From positions 64,679 to 128,678 of the forward strand of contig MFEQ01000004.1 in NCBI GenBank assembly GCA_001777665.1: 64,000 bases of DNA, given 5' to 3'. The notes under the pieces were generated by a model. That model saw only the letters and a list, made by a program, of their open reading frames with translations. It was not told the DNA's origin and made no database searches. Shown here piece by piece: positions 45,409 through 55,268 of this stretch (position 1 is the first letter of the stretch; each line of letters opens with the position of its first letter). The DNA is from Candidatus Doudnabacteria bacterium RIFCSPHIGHO2_02_FULL_42_25 (GTDB lineage Bacteria > Patescibacteriota > Doudnabacteria > UBA920 > O2-02-FULL-48-8). The position numbers were made by a program, and so were the translations under genes.

Positions 45409-46248
45409 ATGACCATTCACCAACTTATAAATTTAGGAATCAAAAAACTCAACAAAACCTCCCCATCAGCAGCCCTCGATTCGGAGGTTCTTTTGTCTTA
45501 TGTGTTGAAAAAACCGAAAGAGTACCTAGTTGTCCATATGGGCAACTACGTCAGTCCGAAACAGGAAAAAAGATTTTTAACATTTATCAATCGCAGGTTA
45601 CTCGGCTGGCCCGTGGCTTATCTGACGAAGTCTAAAGAATTTTATAAACTCAATCTCTACGTCGACAAGCATGTGCTGATCCCCCGCCCCGAGACTGAAG
45701 GACTTGTAGAATTAGTCCTGAATTACCTAAAAGTACGATCGGACCAAATAGGTAAAATTAACATTTTAGATATTGGGACGGGCTCTGGAAATATTATCAT
45801 CTCCCTCGCTAAAAAACTCGGGACCAAGCACAATTACTTCGCCTCCGACATTTCACCAAAAGCTATCGCTGTGGCTAAGAAAAATGCTAAGCGCCAGAAA
45901 GTCAAAATCAAATTTGTGGATGGCAATTTACTCGAACCGTGGGGCAAACAGCATTTTGATTTAATCGTGGCCAATCTTCCCTACCTAGCAAAGCTCGTGG
46001 ATCCATCGACAAAGTTTGAACCGAGAGGCGCTTTGGTCGCTGCGAAAAAAGGGCTAAAACTCTATGAGGAATTATTCAAGCAAATCTACAACCTACAACC
46101 TAAATCCTACAACCTCTTTTTGGAAATCGGCCACGACCAGGCACCAGCAATAAAAAAACTGGCCAAAAAATTCTGGCCAGTTTCGAAAACGAAAATATAT
46201 AAGGATTTATTTGGACGACAGCGCTACGCGGTGATTACTCTTCTTTAG
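45409..46248 (+). CDS. prmC: release factor glutamine methyltransferase PrmC/HemK
   Basis: SAM motif LDIGTGSGNI, (N)LPY substrate motif, follows prfA. Confidence 0.75.
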   Translation: MTIHQLINLGIKKLNKTSPSAALDSEVLLSYVLKKPKEYLVVHMGNYVSPKQEKRFLTFINRRLLGWPVAYLTKSKEFYKLNLYVDKHVLIPRPETEGLVELVLNYLKVRSDQIGKINILDIGTGSGNIIISLAKKLGTKHNYFASDISPKAIAVAKKNAKRQKVKIKFVDGNLLEPWGKQHFDLIVANLPYLAKLVDPSTKFEPRGALVAAKKGLKLYEELFKQIYNLQPKSYNLFLEIGHDQAPAIKKLAKKFWPVSKTKIYKDLFGRQRYAVITLL

Positions 46249-46927
46249 TTTTCTTATCCTCTGTGGCAGGTACCGCGGCATCATCAGTAACTCCAGGTTC
46301 GGGTTTAATCACACCTTCCACAGCTGTGACGTCTTCCACAACTTTTTCTTCCAAAGACTTCATTTCTTCTTCAGTTCGAGGTTTAGCGACATTGGCTATC
46401 ACTTCTTCTGGAGATGCTGAGATTGTAACTTTATCACCGACATTCAAACTGGAGACGCGAATCGCATCTTCAAATGTATTCAGTGAAGAAATATCAATTT
46501 CAAAGGCTTGAGGGATATCCCCTGGCAAACATTCCACCTCGACTTCAGAAAGATTTTTCACCAGAGTTCCACCCAAATTCTTTACTGCTGGAGATTCACC
46601 ACTAAAGTGAATAGGAACGTGAACTTTAACTTTTTCCGCCATGTTTACGGCATAGAAATCAACGTGAATTGGTTTACCTTTCAAATAATGGTTCTGAACT
46701 TCATGAATTAACACGGGTCGGGTCTGGCCATCTACCACTAAATTGACGATTGTAGATTCACCGGCTTTTCGAAAAGCCATGGCAAACTCACGTTCAGAGA
46801 TTTCAATTTGTGTCGTATCTACTTTGTGACCATACAAAACAGCTGGCAGTTTTCCTGCATTGCGTAGATTCTTTACTCGTTTGCCAGAAACTTCACGCTT
46901 CGTGGCGATAATTGAAATATTTTGCAT
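46235..46927 (-). CDS. rplY: 50S ribosomal protein L25/general stress protein Ctc
   Basis: L25 N-domain plus acidic C-terminal extension. Confidence 0.8.
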   Translation of the reverse strand: MQNISIIATKREVSGKRVKNLRNAGKLPAVLYGHKVDTTQIEISEREFAMAFRKAGESTIVNLVVDGQTRPVLIHEVQNHYLKGKPIHVDFYAVNMAEKVKVHVPIHFSGESPAVKNLGGTLVKNLSEVEVECLPGDIPQAFEIDISSLNTFEDAIRVSSLNVGDKVTISASPEEVIANVAKPRTEEEMKSLEEKVVEDVTAVEGVIKPEPGVTDDAAVPATEDKKTKEE

Positions 46928-46978
46928 AAATTAAAATAGCTGTCATATCCTAACACTTTTGTGTGCCTAAGTCAACAG

Positions 46979-47338
46979 CTATTTTCGTAAGGCTGATTTG
47001 AAGTCACCATCAAAAGTTCGAAGGAACTCATGAGTAGCCAAGACTTCATCAGATGTAATGGGTTCACGATTTTTGAATTTGCTGGTATCTTGGCTGGTTA
47101 GATCAGTGACCATACCGATAGAAAAAATTTCTGGACCATCGATGGCGATTGAAAACACAACGGAACTTTTACATCGCTCGCAATCCGTATGCACTAGTAA
47201 ACTTCGGCTATTAACCGGTTTATCCTCACCCGAATCAATAACCTTGGTCTGGTCAGCGTTATATTTTTGTCCACATACAGGACACTTTAGTATATATGCC
47301 AACCACTGGAGAATTTTGTTGTAATCAAACTTGGCCAT
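46979..47338 (-). CDS. zinc-ribbon protein, unknown
   Basis: CPVCGQ...CERCKS motifs. Confidence 0.4.
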   Translation of the reverse strand: MAKFDYNKILQWLAYILKCPVCGQKYNADQTKVIDSGEDKPVNSRSLLVHTDCERCKSSVVFSIAIDGPEIFSIGMVTDLTSQDTSKFKNREPITSDEVLATHEFLRTFDGDFKSALRK

Positions 47339-47396
47339 ATCTTCTTTGTCTAACTATATTTTAAAACTCTAGAATGCAGTCGTCAATCAACAGTCA

Positions 47397-48521
47397 TTAC
47401 TGGCTGAATCTAAGGGCTTTTTGGCGAGCGATTATGCTCTGTACTAATCCTAAAGCAAAAAGACTAGTCAAAAGCGAACTGCCGCCATAACTCACAAACG
47501 GTAGTGGAATTCCTGTTACAGGCGCAAGTTTAATATTCATGCCGATGTTAATCACCATTTGGGATAAAAACATTATCAACACACCGAGTGACAAATACAT
47601 GCCGAAGTTATCCCGGGCATGTTTCGTCGCTTGAACCAATCGATAAAAAATAACACCAAACATTCCCAAGACAAACATACTGCCCAAAAATCCCAGTTCT
47701 TCAGCTATCGCGGCAAAAATAAAATCAGTTTGCCGAGCTGGTAAAAAATTTAGTTGCGATTGATATCCTCTGCCTACGCCCCGTCCCGTTATTTCTCCAG
47801 AACCGACGGCAATTTCTGACTGAATAACATTGTAACCCGTCCCCAGCGGATCGCTTTCTGGATTGAAGAAAGTATGAATTCGATCCTTCTGATAATCTTG
47901 AAGGACAAAAAACCAGCTTAATGAGGCTGCGACCAAAAATGCTGCAAATAAAATCATCAGGTGACGTTTGTTAACATTACTGGCGAGGAGCATTCCCAGC
48001 CAAATGAGAAAGATAACAATCGAAGAGCCCAAGTCTGGTTCTATAAAAATTAGCACTGCTGGAATACCTGCGTAAATCGCAAACATTGCGACATAACGGA
48101 AATCTTTTATTCGCTCAAGGTTTCGATCCAAAAACTTCGCCATGACGATGACCATCCCTAGTTTCGCGAATTCGCTCGGTTGGATCAAAAAAAATCCAAC
48201 GTCAAACCAACGAGTCGAGCCCTGAATGGTTTCCCCAAATAGCCAAACTGATATCAAACTTAGCACAACTCCTAAGTAAACAACCCAGCTGGCGTTTTTC
48301 AGTTTACGATAATCAAAAAACGCCAGAGCAAAAAGACCGACATAACCAGCAATTGCAAATGCTAATTGTCTCCACATGAGATTAGAGGCATCTTCCAGAG
48401 TTGTCGAATAAATCATAAGCAAACCCAAAACAAGCAGCAAAGTGCTGCTTGTGGCGATATATACATCGAAGTAACGAAAATTATTTAACCAATTACGCAT
48501 GAGTTTACTCATCTCGTCCAT
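47397..48521 (-). CDS. SEDS-family peptidoglycan glycosyltransferase (RodA/FtsW)
   Basis: 10-TM, FDVGFFLIQPSEFAKLGMVI motif. Confidence 0.8.
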   Translation of the reverse strand: MDEMSKLMRNWLNNFRYFDVYIATSSTLLLVLGLLMIYSTTLEDASNLMWRQLAFAIAGYVGLFALAFFDYRKLKNASWVVYLGVVLSLISVWLFGETIQGSTRWFDVGFFLIQPSEFAKLGMVIVMAKFLDRNLERIKDFRYVAMFAIYAGIPAVLIFIEPDLGSSIVIFLIWLGMLLASNVNKRHLMILFAAFLVAASLSWFFVLQDYQKDRIHTFFNPESDPLGTGYNVIQSEIAVGSGEITGRGVGRGYQSQLNFLPARQTDFIFAAIAEELGFLGSMFVLGMFGVIFYRLVQATKHARDNFGMYLSLGVLIMFLSQMVINIGMNIKLAPVTGIPLPFVSYGGSSLLTSLFALGLVQSIIARQKALRFSQ

Positions 48522-49329
48522 CTATGGGCGACGATTCCGGCGGCAAGCCAAAAATTTCTCGATCAAAAACATTAACTTCATAGGAAATTTCTGCTCTGAC
48601 TACACCCTGCAGCCTGGATGGCCAAGAATATTGAAAAGTTCTGGTCTCGTTCGATACAAGGTCGTTAATAATGGTCGAACCCACACCCAGCACCTGATTA
48701 TTATTACCGTAGAGAATAACAGGTAGGTCTACTCGCTTTAACGTATAAGGACTATTGTTTTTTACTCCAGCGTAGACAATCGTCCCACTTGCGGGATGCG
48801 TAATTTCAGTTCGTTGGATATCTAGGTCGACATTAATTTCAGGGGCATGAGAAAACTTCGTTTCACCTAGTCGAAATACAATTTCTTGCGGTGTTTGTTC
48901 ATGCGTGAAGCGAGAGAACACAATTATTTTATCCGAGCTGGGAAGAATAAAAGTCGACCCGTCAACTCTGGTCAAAACAGTGCCTCCGACAGTTTTAAAT
49001 TCTGCCGTGTATTCTTGGCGCCTGACCCCCCATTCGTATTCTATATTCCTTATCTTAACATACCCTGCATAAGTATTCGGCGCAAGTGTAAAAATTTTTG
49101 ATTCTAAAACTTCCAGCGGCTGCTTATCCTCATCGCTGTAAATTACCTGTGGCTCACGATGGGTCTGCATCATGATCGATATAAACCCAAATTTCAATAA
49201 ATAGTAAGCGGGAACCATGGCAACTATTGTTATCCCCAAGGCATACCAAACTTTCGTACCAACTGCTTGGGTTTTCTCTTGAGCCATGAGAACTACTTCC
49301 TGAATTCGTTCGTTATCATTTAAAGCCAT
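48505..49329 (-). CDS. membrane-anchored protein, unknown (upstream of rodA)
   Basis: N-terminal TM, beta-rich extracytoplasmic region. Confidence 0.4.
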   Translation of the reverse strand: MALNDNERIQEVVLMAQEKTQAVGTKVWYALGITIVAMVPAYYLLKFGFISIMMQTHREPQVIYSDEDKQPLEVLESKIFTLAPNTYAGYVKIRNIEYEWGVRRQEYTAEFKTVGGTVLTRVDGSTFILPSSDKIIVFSRFTHEQTPQEIVFRLGETKFSHAPEINVDLDIQRTEITHPASGTIVYAGVKNNSPYTLKRVDLPVILYGNNNQVLGVGSTIINDLVSNETRTFQYSWPSRLQGVVRAEISYEVNVFDREIFGLPPESSPIDGRDE

Positions 49330-49383
49330 TTGATTTGAGTTTTTCTATTAAGCAAATTATATCATTTTTCATACCCATAGTCA

Positions 49384-49452
49384 CCCATCCCAGACGCCAC
49401 GAAGGGCGATCCGGGATCCACTTTATTGGACCCCGGATCAAGTCCGGGGTGG
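49384..49452. repeat. GC-rich hairpin repeat family 3 (ATCCCAGA..TCCGGGAT / ACCCCGGATCAAGTCCGGGGT)
   Basis: Two hairpins; the second is identical at 56330-56353. Confidence 0.7.
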
Positions 49453-49484
49453 TTTTTGCTCTCTGGCTTGGCTATAATGCAAAC

Positions 49485-52400
49485 ATGGCTAAAAAGTTTA
49501 CGCATTTACATGTTCATTCGCATTATTCCCTACTCGATGGCCTTTCAAAAATCGATGCGCTAGTTAATCGCGCGAAAGAACTGGGTATGGAAGCCCTGTC
49601 TCTGACTGATCATGGTGTCATGTATGGCATAATTGAATTTTATAATGCCTGCCTGGATGCTGGAATTAAACCGATAGTCGGAATCGAAGCCTATATCGCC
49701 CCTAGAACGCTCCAGGACAAAGAAGGTAAAATCGATTCTGATTATTTTCATTTAACTCTGCTGGCCAAAAATGATGCGGGCTATAAAAATTTGCTGAAAC
49801 TGACAACTATCGCTCACATTGACGGTTTTTACTACAAACCGCGGATTGATTTGGAAACTTTAAAGCAGCATTCGGAAGGTTTGATTTGTCTTTCCGGTTG
49901 TATGCGGGGAGAACTTTCCCGAGCTGTCATGAACAAATCCGAGACAGAAATTCAATCTGTTTTAAAAAAACATTTAGATATTTTTGGCCCGGATAATTAT
50001 TACATCGAGATTCAGCGAAATGGTAAAGGCTCAAACACCCAAGACGAGCGAGACAAAGAAAAACAAACGCAGAAACTGATCACTCTTGCGAAAAAAGAAA
50101 ATTTAAAACTAGTGGCGACAGCGGATTGTCATTATTTATACCCGGAAGATAGTGAAGCCCAGGATGTCTTGATTTGTATTGGAACCGGCAAAACCATCAA
50201 TGATCCAGATCGGCTGGACATGCGGGGCTGGGATCTGTCATTAAAATCTGAAGAAGAAATGCTAGAGCATTTCCAGGATATTCCCGAAGCTGTTTTGAAT
50301 ACTGTGGAAGTCGCTGAAAAATGTGATTTAAAACTCCTTCTCAATCAGCGATACTTTCCACAAGTCGAACTTCCGGCTGGCAAAACCTCTGCCGAACATT
50401 TACGAGACCTGACTTATGCGAAAGCAATTCCTTTCTATAGTAAAGATGGAGTCATTCCTGAAGAAATTCAAAAACGCATCGACTACGAACTCGATATTAT
50501 TATCAAAAAAGGTTTTGATACTTATTTTTTGATGGTAGCTGATGTCGTCGAAGGCGCTCATAAAATTGGGGCGATTACAAATACCAGGGGGAGTGCTGCT
50601 GGTAGTATTGTCGGTCGTATTTTAGGAATTACTAATGTCGACCCTTTATATTATGAACTGCCTTTTGAGCGATTTTTAACGGAACACAGACCGACTCCTC
50701 CTGATATTGATTTGGATATTGCTGACAATCATCGCGATGAGGCTATTGAATACATCACGAAAAGATACGGCCAAGATAAAGTTGCCCAAATCATTACGTT
50801 TGGAACGATGATGGCCAGGGCTGCTATCCGCGATGTCGGTCGTGCTCTAGGTGTTCCATACAGTAAATGTGATCAGATCGCCAAAATGATTCCTTTCGGG
50901 AAACAAGGATTCCACATGACGCTAGACAAAGCCGTGGATATTAACCCTGATTTGAAAGCAGCCTACGATAAAGACCCAGAAACGAAAAGAATTTTAGACA
51001 TTGCCAAAAGATTAGAAGGATGCGCCAGACACGCATCAGTCCATGCTGCGGGAATTGTTATCACACCTACGGCTTTGACTGACTATATTCCTCTACAATT
51101 TGAACCCGATGGCAATCGTACTATTACTCAATACGACATGTACGCTTTGGATTTGAATGCCAATGCCAAAGCAATTGGTGTGGTCAAATTGGATCTTTTG
51201 GGAATTCGCAACCTTTCTATTTTGGAAGCTGCGGTGCGGATAGCGCAGAAGCGCCATGATGTCACGATAGATATTTATAATCTCCCCCACCCGGATAAAA
51301 AAACTTTTAAACTACTTTCTGAAGGTCATACTTTTGGCGTGTTCCAAATGGGATCATCAGGCATGACTCGTTATCTGATGGAACTCCGGCCGAACAGTAT
51401 TTTCGATATCATGGCCATGATTGCCCTTTATCGACCAGGGCCGATGCAATTTATCCCCGACTATATCAAACGCAAACATAATCCACGACTGGTCAGTTAC
51501 ATGGATCCAGCACTCGAGAAAATTTTACATCGAACTTACGGAATTTTGGTTTATCAGGACGATCTCCTGACGATTGCTCATGATTTGGCCGGCTATTCGT
51601 GGGAAGAAGTTGATAAATTCCGTAAAGCTGTCGGTAAAAAAATTCCCGCCGAAATGGCCAAGCAAAAAGAAAAATTTATCAACGGTTGTATGCAAACTGT
51701 GAATTGGAGCAAAGATAAAGCTGCTGAAATTTGGGCTTGGATTGAGCCCTTCGCTGCATATGGTTTCAATAAATCACACTCCGCTTCCTACTGTGTCGTC
51801 AGTTATCAAACCGCTTACATGAAAGCCAACTATACTGTGGAATTTATGGCTGCTCTCATGACCGCTGAATCCGGCGATCTTCCCACAATATCCGAAGCTG
51901 TGGAAGAATGTAAAAAATTAAATATTGAAGTACTTCCTCCTGATGTCAATGAAAGTTTGGCCAATTTTACTGTAGTAGATGAGAGTCACATTCGGTTCGG
52001 ATTGTCTGCAATTAAAAATTTGGGTTCTGATGTGGTTGGGATTATTATTGAACAACGGAAACAATCTGGAAAATTCACCTCGATTGAAGACTTCGTCAAA
52101 AGAATTCAGACCCGCAATTTCAACAAAAAATCCTGGGAAGCCTTGGCCAAATCAGGAGCCTTGGATTCATTGGGCGAACGCAATCAATTATTAGCCAATA
52201 CTGAAGTTCTCCTAGAATTTGCCCGAAGCTTTGGGAAAACCGAAAACCAAGCATCTTTGTTCGGGGCTGAACTCATGCCTGCATCTGCACTCAAGCTTCG
52301 CGAAGTGGAAGCCGCGACCAAAAAAGAAATGCTTGGCTGGGAAAAAGAATTACTCGGCCTCTATGTCAGCGCTCACCCGATGGAAGAATATGTAGAACAA

Positions 52401-52916
52401 CTGAAAAAAATCGCCAAACCGATCAAAGAAGTGATAGAAAATAAAATCGCGAATACTACTATCGGTGGCATCGTAACTAGAGTTCAGAAAATCTTGACCA
52501 GAAAAGGCGAACAGATGGCATTCATCGATTTGGAAGATTTGGGAGGCCTCATCGAACTCGTTGTCTTCCCCGGGATCTATAACAAACACAATGACCTTTT
52601 AGTCGAAGGTAAAATTGTGCTGGCCACTGGAAAACTTTCTGACAAAGATGGAGAGCCTAAATTCCTAGTGGATGATATGCGAGAATTTGGACAGCAATCA
52701 ATTCCACAAGAACCACAGTCTGTGACTATCAAAATCCCAGAAGCTGCGACTGATGAATTATTTGCCCAACTAAAAACACTTTTTGAATCTGCTCCAGGTG
52801 ACATGAGCGTAAATCTCATGATCCGAGAGCAAAAAGTCAAAACACCTTTTCGAATCAACCTTGACGATGAGCTTAAGGTTAAAATCAAGGCACTGCTCGG
52901 GAACAATTTGCAATAA
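49485..52916 (+). CDS. dnaE: DNA polymerase III alpha subunit
   Basis: PHP HLHVHSHYSLLDG, polymerase core, OB-fold; TATAAT at 49473-49478; start MAKKF (the track's N-terminal extension translates the hairpin repeat). Confidence 0.9.
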   Translation: MAKKFTHLHVHSHYSLLDGLSKIDALVNRAKELGMEALSLTDHGVMYGIIEFYNACLDAGIKPIVGIEAYIAPRTLQDKEGKIDSDYFHLTLLAKNDAGYKNLLKLTTIAHIDGFYYKPRIDLETLKQHSEGLICLSGCMRGELSRAVMNKSETEIQSVLKKHLDIFGPDNYYIEIQRNGKGSNTQDERDKEKQTQKLITLAKKENLKLVATADCHYLYPEDSEAQDVLICIGTGKTINDPDRLDMRGWDLSLKSEEEMLEHFQDIPEAVLNTVEVAEKCDLKLLLNQRYFPQVELPAGKTSAEHLRDLTYAKAIPFYSKDGVIPEEIQKRIDYELDIIIKKGFDTYFLMVADVVEGAHKIGAITNTRGSAAGSIVGRILGITNVDPLYYELPFERFLTEHRPTPPDIDLDIADNHRDEAIEYITKRYGQDKVAQIITFGTMMARAAIRDVGRALGVPYSKCDQIAKMIPFGKQGFHMTLDKAVDINPDLKAAYDKDPETKRILDIAKRLEGCARHASVHAAGIVITPTALTDYIPLQFEPDGNRTITQYDMYALDLNANAKAIGVVKLDLLGIRNLSILEAAVRIAQKRHDVTIDIYNLPHPDKKTFKLLSEGHTFGVFQMGSSGMTRYLMELRPNSIFDIMAMIALYRPGPMQFIPDYIKRKHNPRLVSYMDPALEKILHRTYGILVYQDDLLTIAHDLAGYSWEEVDKFRKAVGKKIPAEMAKQKEKFINGCMQTVNWSKDKAAEIWAWIEPFAAYGFNKSHSASYCVVSYQTAYMKANYTVEFMAALMTAESGDLPTISEAVEECKKLNIEVLPPDVNESLANFTVVDESHIRFGLSAIKNLGSDVVGIIIEQRKQSGKFTSIEDFVKRIQTRNFNKKSWEALAKSGALDSLGERNQLLANTEVLLEFARSFGKTENQASLFGAELMPASALKLREVEAATKKEMLGWEKELLGLYVSAHPMEEYVEQLKKIAKPIKEVIENKIANTTIGGIVTRVQKILTRKGEQMAFIDLEDLGGLIELVVFPGIYNKHNDLLVEGKIVLATGKLSDKDGEPKFLVDDMREFGQQSIPQEPQSVTIKIPEAATDELFAQLKTLFESAPGDMSVNLMIREQKVKTPFRINLDDELKVKIKALLGNNLQ

Positions 52917-52944
52917 CCAATCTGAAGTCCTATAATAATCTTAA

Positions 52945-53110
52945 GTTTTTGAAAGCGATGCTTGTCCGCCGTAGCCTTGGCGGAGGCGGAAAACGGCTAC
53001 CAACCGTGGAGCTTTCTCGAGAACTTGCCTCGTTATGCAAGAAATGAAGATAAAGTTTTGGGTGGAAACGTCCTCCTGGACCCCAAGCATCAGTGCTTGG
53101 ATTTTTTATT
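52945..53110 (+). promoter_or_regulatory. candidate T-box (Thr) leader upstream of thrS
   Basis: TATAAT at 52931-52936, T-box-like GGGTGGAAACG at 53060-53070, terminator CCAAGCA-TCAGT-GCTTGG + ATTTTTTATT, ACC in CTACCAACC upstream. Confidence 0.35.
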
Positions 53111-53123
53111 AACCTATATAACT

Positions 53124-54356
53124 ATGAGCGAACAAGAACACGATCACAAAATTTTAGGACCGAAACTCGACCTGTTTACCTTTTCAGATGCAGTAGGCAA
53201 AGGGTTGCCGCTGTTTACAGCCAAAGGTGCCACAGTTCGACGGGAATTGGAACGCTTTATAGTCGATGAAGAAATCAAACGCGGCTACCAACACGTTATA
53301 ACTCCCGACATCGCAAAGCTGGATCTCTACCGTAAATCCGGACATTATCCGCATTACAAAGATTCCATGTACGCCCCGATCAAAGTCGAAGATGAAGAGT
53401 TTATGCTACGCCCTATGACCTGTCCTCACCACTTTGAACTTTATCTTCGCAAACCGGTAAGCTACCGAGAGCTTCCTATGAGGATCGCGGAGGTGGCAAA
53501 ACTTTATCGCTTTGAGCAATCTGGTGAGCTTATGGGTTTGCAGCGCGTTCGTAGTTTTTGTTTGTCTGATGCACATATTATTTGCGCGAGCGAAGAACAA
53601 GCTACTGATGAAGCTTCTCAAGCTCTAGATTTGATTGAATACGTAACGGGAGTGCTTGGTTTAACTCATGGGAAAGACTATTGGTACAGACTTTCTCTGG
53701 GTGATCGAAGTAACAAAGAAAAATATTATAAAAATGACGCGGCTTGGGAAAAGGGTGAGGAGTTGCTTCGACAAATGCTTCAAAAACGAGGTCAAAAATT
53801 TGATGAAGCTAAAGACGAGGCGGCTTTCTACGGTCCGAAAATCGATGTCCAGATGAGAAACGCAAATGGTAAAGAAGATACCGCTTTTACAGTCCAGTAC
53901 GACTTCTGCATGCCTGATCGATTTGATCTAACTTACGTAGGTCCAGACGGCGAATCGAAACGAGCATTTGTAGTTCACCGCTCCTCCATTGGCGCGATTG
54001 AACGAATCATGGCATTTTTGATTGAACGGTATGCCGGCGCTTTTCCGGTTTGGCTGTCCCCTATACAAGCCAAAATCCTGCCGATCTCGGATAAGCTAAA
54101 TAAATATGCTCAAGAGTTAACTCTAGAGTTAAAAAAACATGATATCCGGGTAGAACTTGATGATCGATCAGAATCAGTGGGCAAAAAAATCCGTGACGCG
54201 GAAATGGAAAAAGTTCCTTATATGCTAATCATCGGTGAAAAAGAAGCTAAAGCAAAAACTGTTTCTATCCGTGGCCGCAATCAAAGGGATCTGGGAACTA
54301 TGAAACTCGAGAACTTTATCAAAAAGATTTCAGACGAGATCGCAAACCGAGCATAA
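53124..54356 (+). CDS. thrS: threonyl-tRNA synthetase (catalytic + anticodon-binding core only)
   Basis: Class II motifs (CPHHFELYL, HRSSIGAIERI), about 410 aa without N-terminal TGS/editing domains. Confidence 0.85.
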   Translation: MSEQEHDHKILGPKLDLFTFSDAVGKGLPLFTAKGATVRRELERFIVDEEIKRGYQHVITPDIAKLDLYRKSGHYPHYKDSMYAPIKVEDEEFMLRPMTCPHHFELYLRKPVSYRELPMRIAEVAKLYRFEQSGELMGLQRVRSFCLSDAHIICASEEQATDEASQALDLIEYVTGVLGLTHGKDYWYRLSLGDRSNKEKYYKNDAAWEKGEELLRQMLQKRGQKFDEAKDEAAFYGPKIDVQMRNANGKEDTAFTVQYDFCMPDRFDLTYVGPDGESKRAFVVHRSSIGAIERIMAFLIERYAGAFPVWLSPIQAKILPISDKLNKYAQELTLELKKHDIRVELDDRSESVGKKIRDAEMEKVPYMLIIGEKEAKAKTVSIRGRNQRDLGTMKLENFIKKISDEIANRA

Positions 54357-54456
54357 ATCCAGCACCAGTTTTGACTGGTGTAGGTATGTGGAAAATTTTT
54401 AATAATTAAAAAGACGAAGTATTATCTCTATCCTAACAAAAAAACTGGTGCTGGAT
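54357..54456. repeat. inverted 16-bp pair ATCCAGCACCAGTTTT ... AAAACTGGTGCTGGAT enclosing about 70 bp
   Basis: Related to hairpin 21576-21610. Confidence 0.7.
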
Positions 54457-54480
54457 AAAAAAAGCGCCTTCCCTAAGGGG

Positions 54481-54936
54481 TCAGCGCGGCTTGGTCGCGA
54501 TCAACTTCGCAGGATCATGCATGCGAGTGAACGTTCCAACGAACAGTTCAGAAAGCGGTTTCCCTCTATCTACTCGTTGCATTTCTTCTTCTAGTCTTTC
54601 GTAGCCCTCCTTCATGATTGCCTCGTGAGCTGCACTGTCCTCACCATTGTGACTCTGGGCTTTCTCGATCTCTCGTTTGATCTCAAAAACAAGCTCTTGT
54701 CTCCGCACATCCATTGTCTGAATAACACGACCACCGCCCAGCTTAACTTTCGCTAACGCTAGGTAGACGGCACGAATATGCTGACCCATTGGATCAGTAG
54801 ATCTCGGGTCAAAGCGCGGTACCTGGATCAGGCCCGATAACCCGTCACTCATTTCCTGCGACGCCAAGTACCAGCCGTTGCCCTCCGCTTGTTCATACGT
54901 TAACTTGATGATCTTACGGTCACTGCTGTTAACCAA
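54481..54936 (-). CDS. hypothetical protein in a GC-rich island
   Basis: TTG start with GAGGTGA SD; GC about 52%; no family. Confidence 0.4.
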   Translation of the reverse strand: MVNSSDRKIIKLTYEQAEGNGWYLASQEMSDGLSGLIQVPRFDPRSTDPMGQHIRAVYLALAKVKLGGGRVIQTMDVRRQELVFEIKREIEKAQSHNGEDSAAHEAIMKEGYERLEEEMQRVDRGKPLSELFVGTFTRMHDPAKLIATKPR

Positions 54937-55134
54937 GGGTTCACCTCAATTCAATCATAACAAATTAAATCCTGTGGATAACACAACGATGCCAAAAATT
55001 GAAAATAACCTCAAAGCAGAGCGCCGAGAAGTCAAAAAACGCCCCCGAATGAAAGTCCACGGAGCCTCTTTGAAACGGCCATCTAAATTTGCGGGTCTAA
55101 AAATTGTAAAGAAGAAAAGTTAACTTGATGTTGC

Positions 55135-55252
55135 CAGCAGTTGTTCCTCCCCTTAATATAAGGGGAGCTAGGAGGGGTTATCCTTAAGCGTTAAGCTGCT
55201 GTTTAACTCTTGGAATCAACTCCCCCTAACCCCCTCTTATTCTAAGAGGGGG
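55135..55252. mobile_element. MITE-like palindromic element (family 1), reverse-orientation copy of 4301-4424
   Basis: Near-identical block order in reverse complement. Confidence 0.7.
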
Positions 55253-55268
55253 AATTTACAGCAAACTT

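Noticed and set aside
49335-49484. N-terminal extension of dnaE in the ORF track (MSFSIKQ...GYNAN)
   Set aside because: It translates straight through the GC-rich hairpin repeat. A TATAAT box and the conserved PHP N-terminus MAKKFTHLHVHS begin at 49485.
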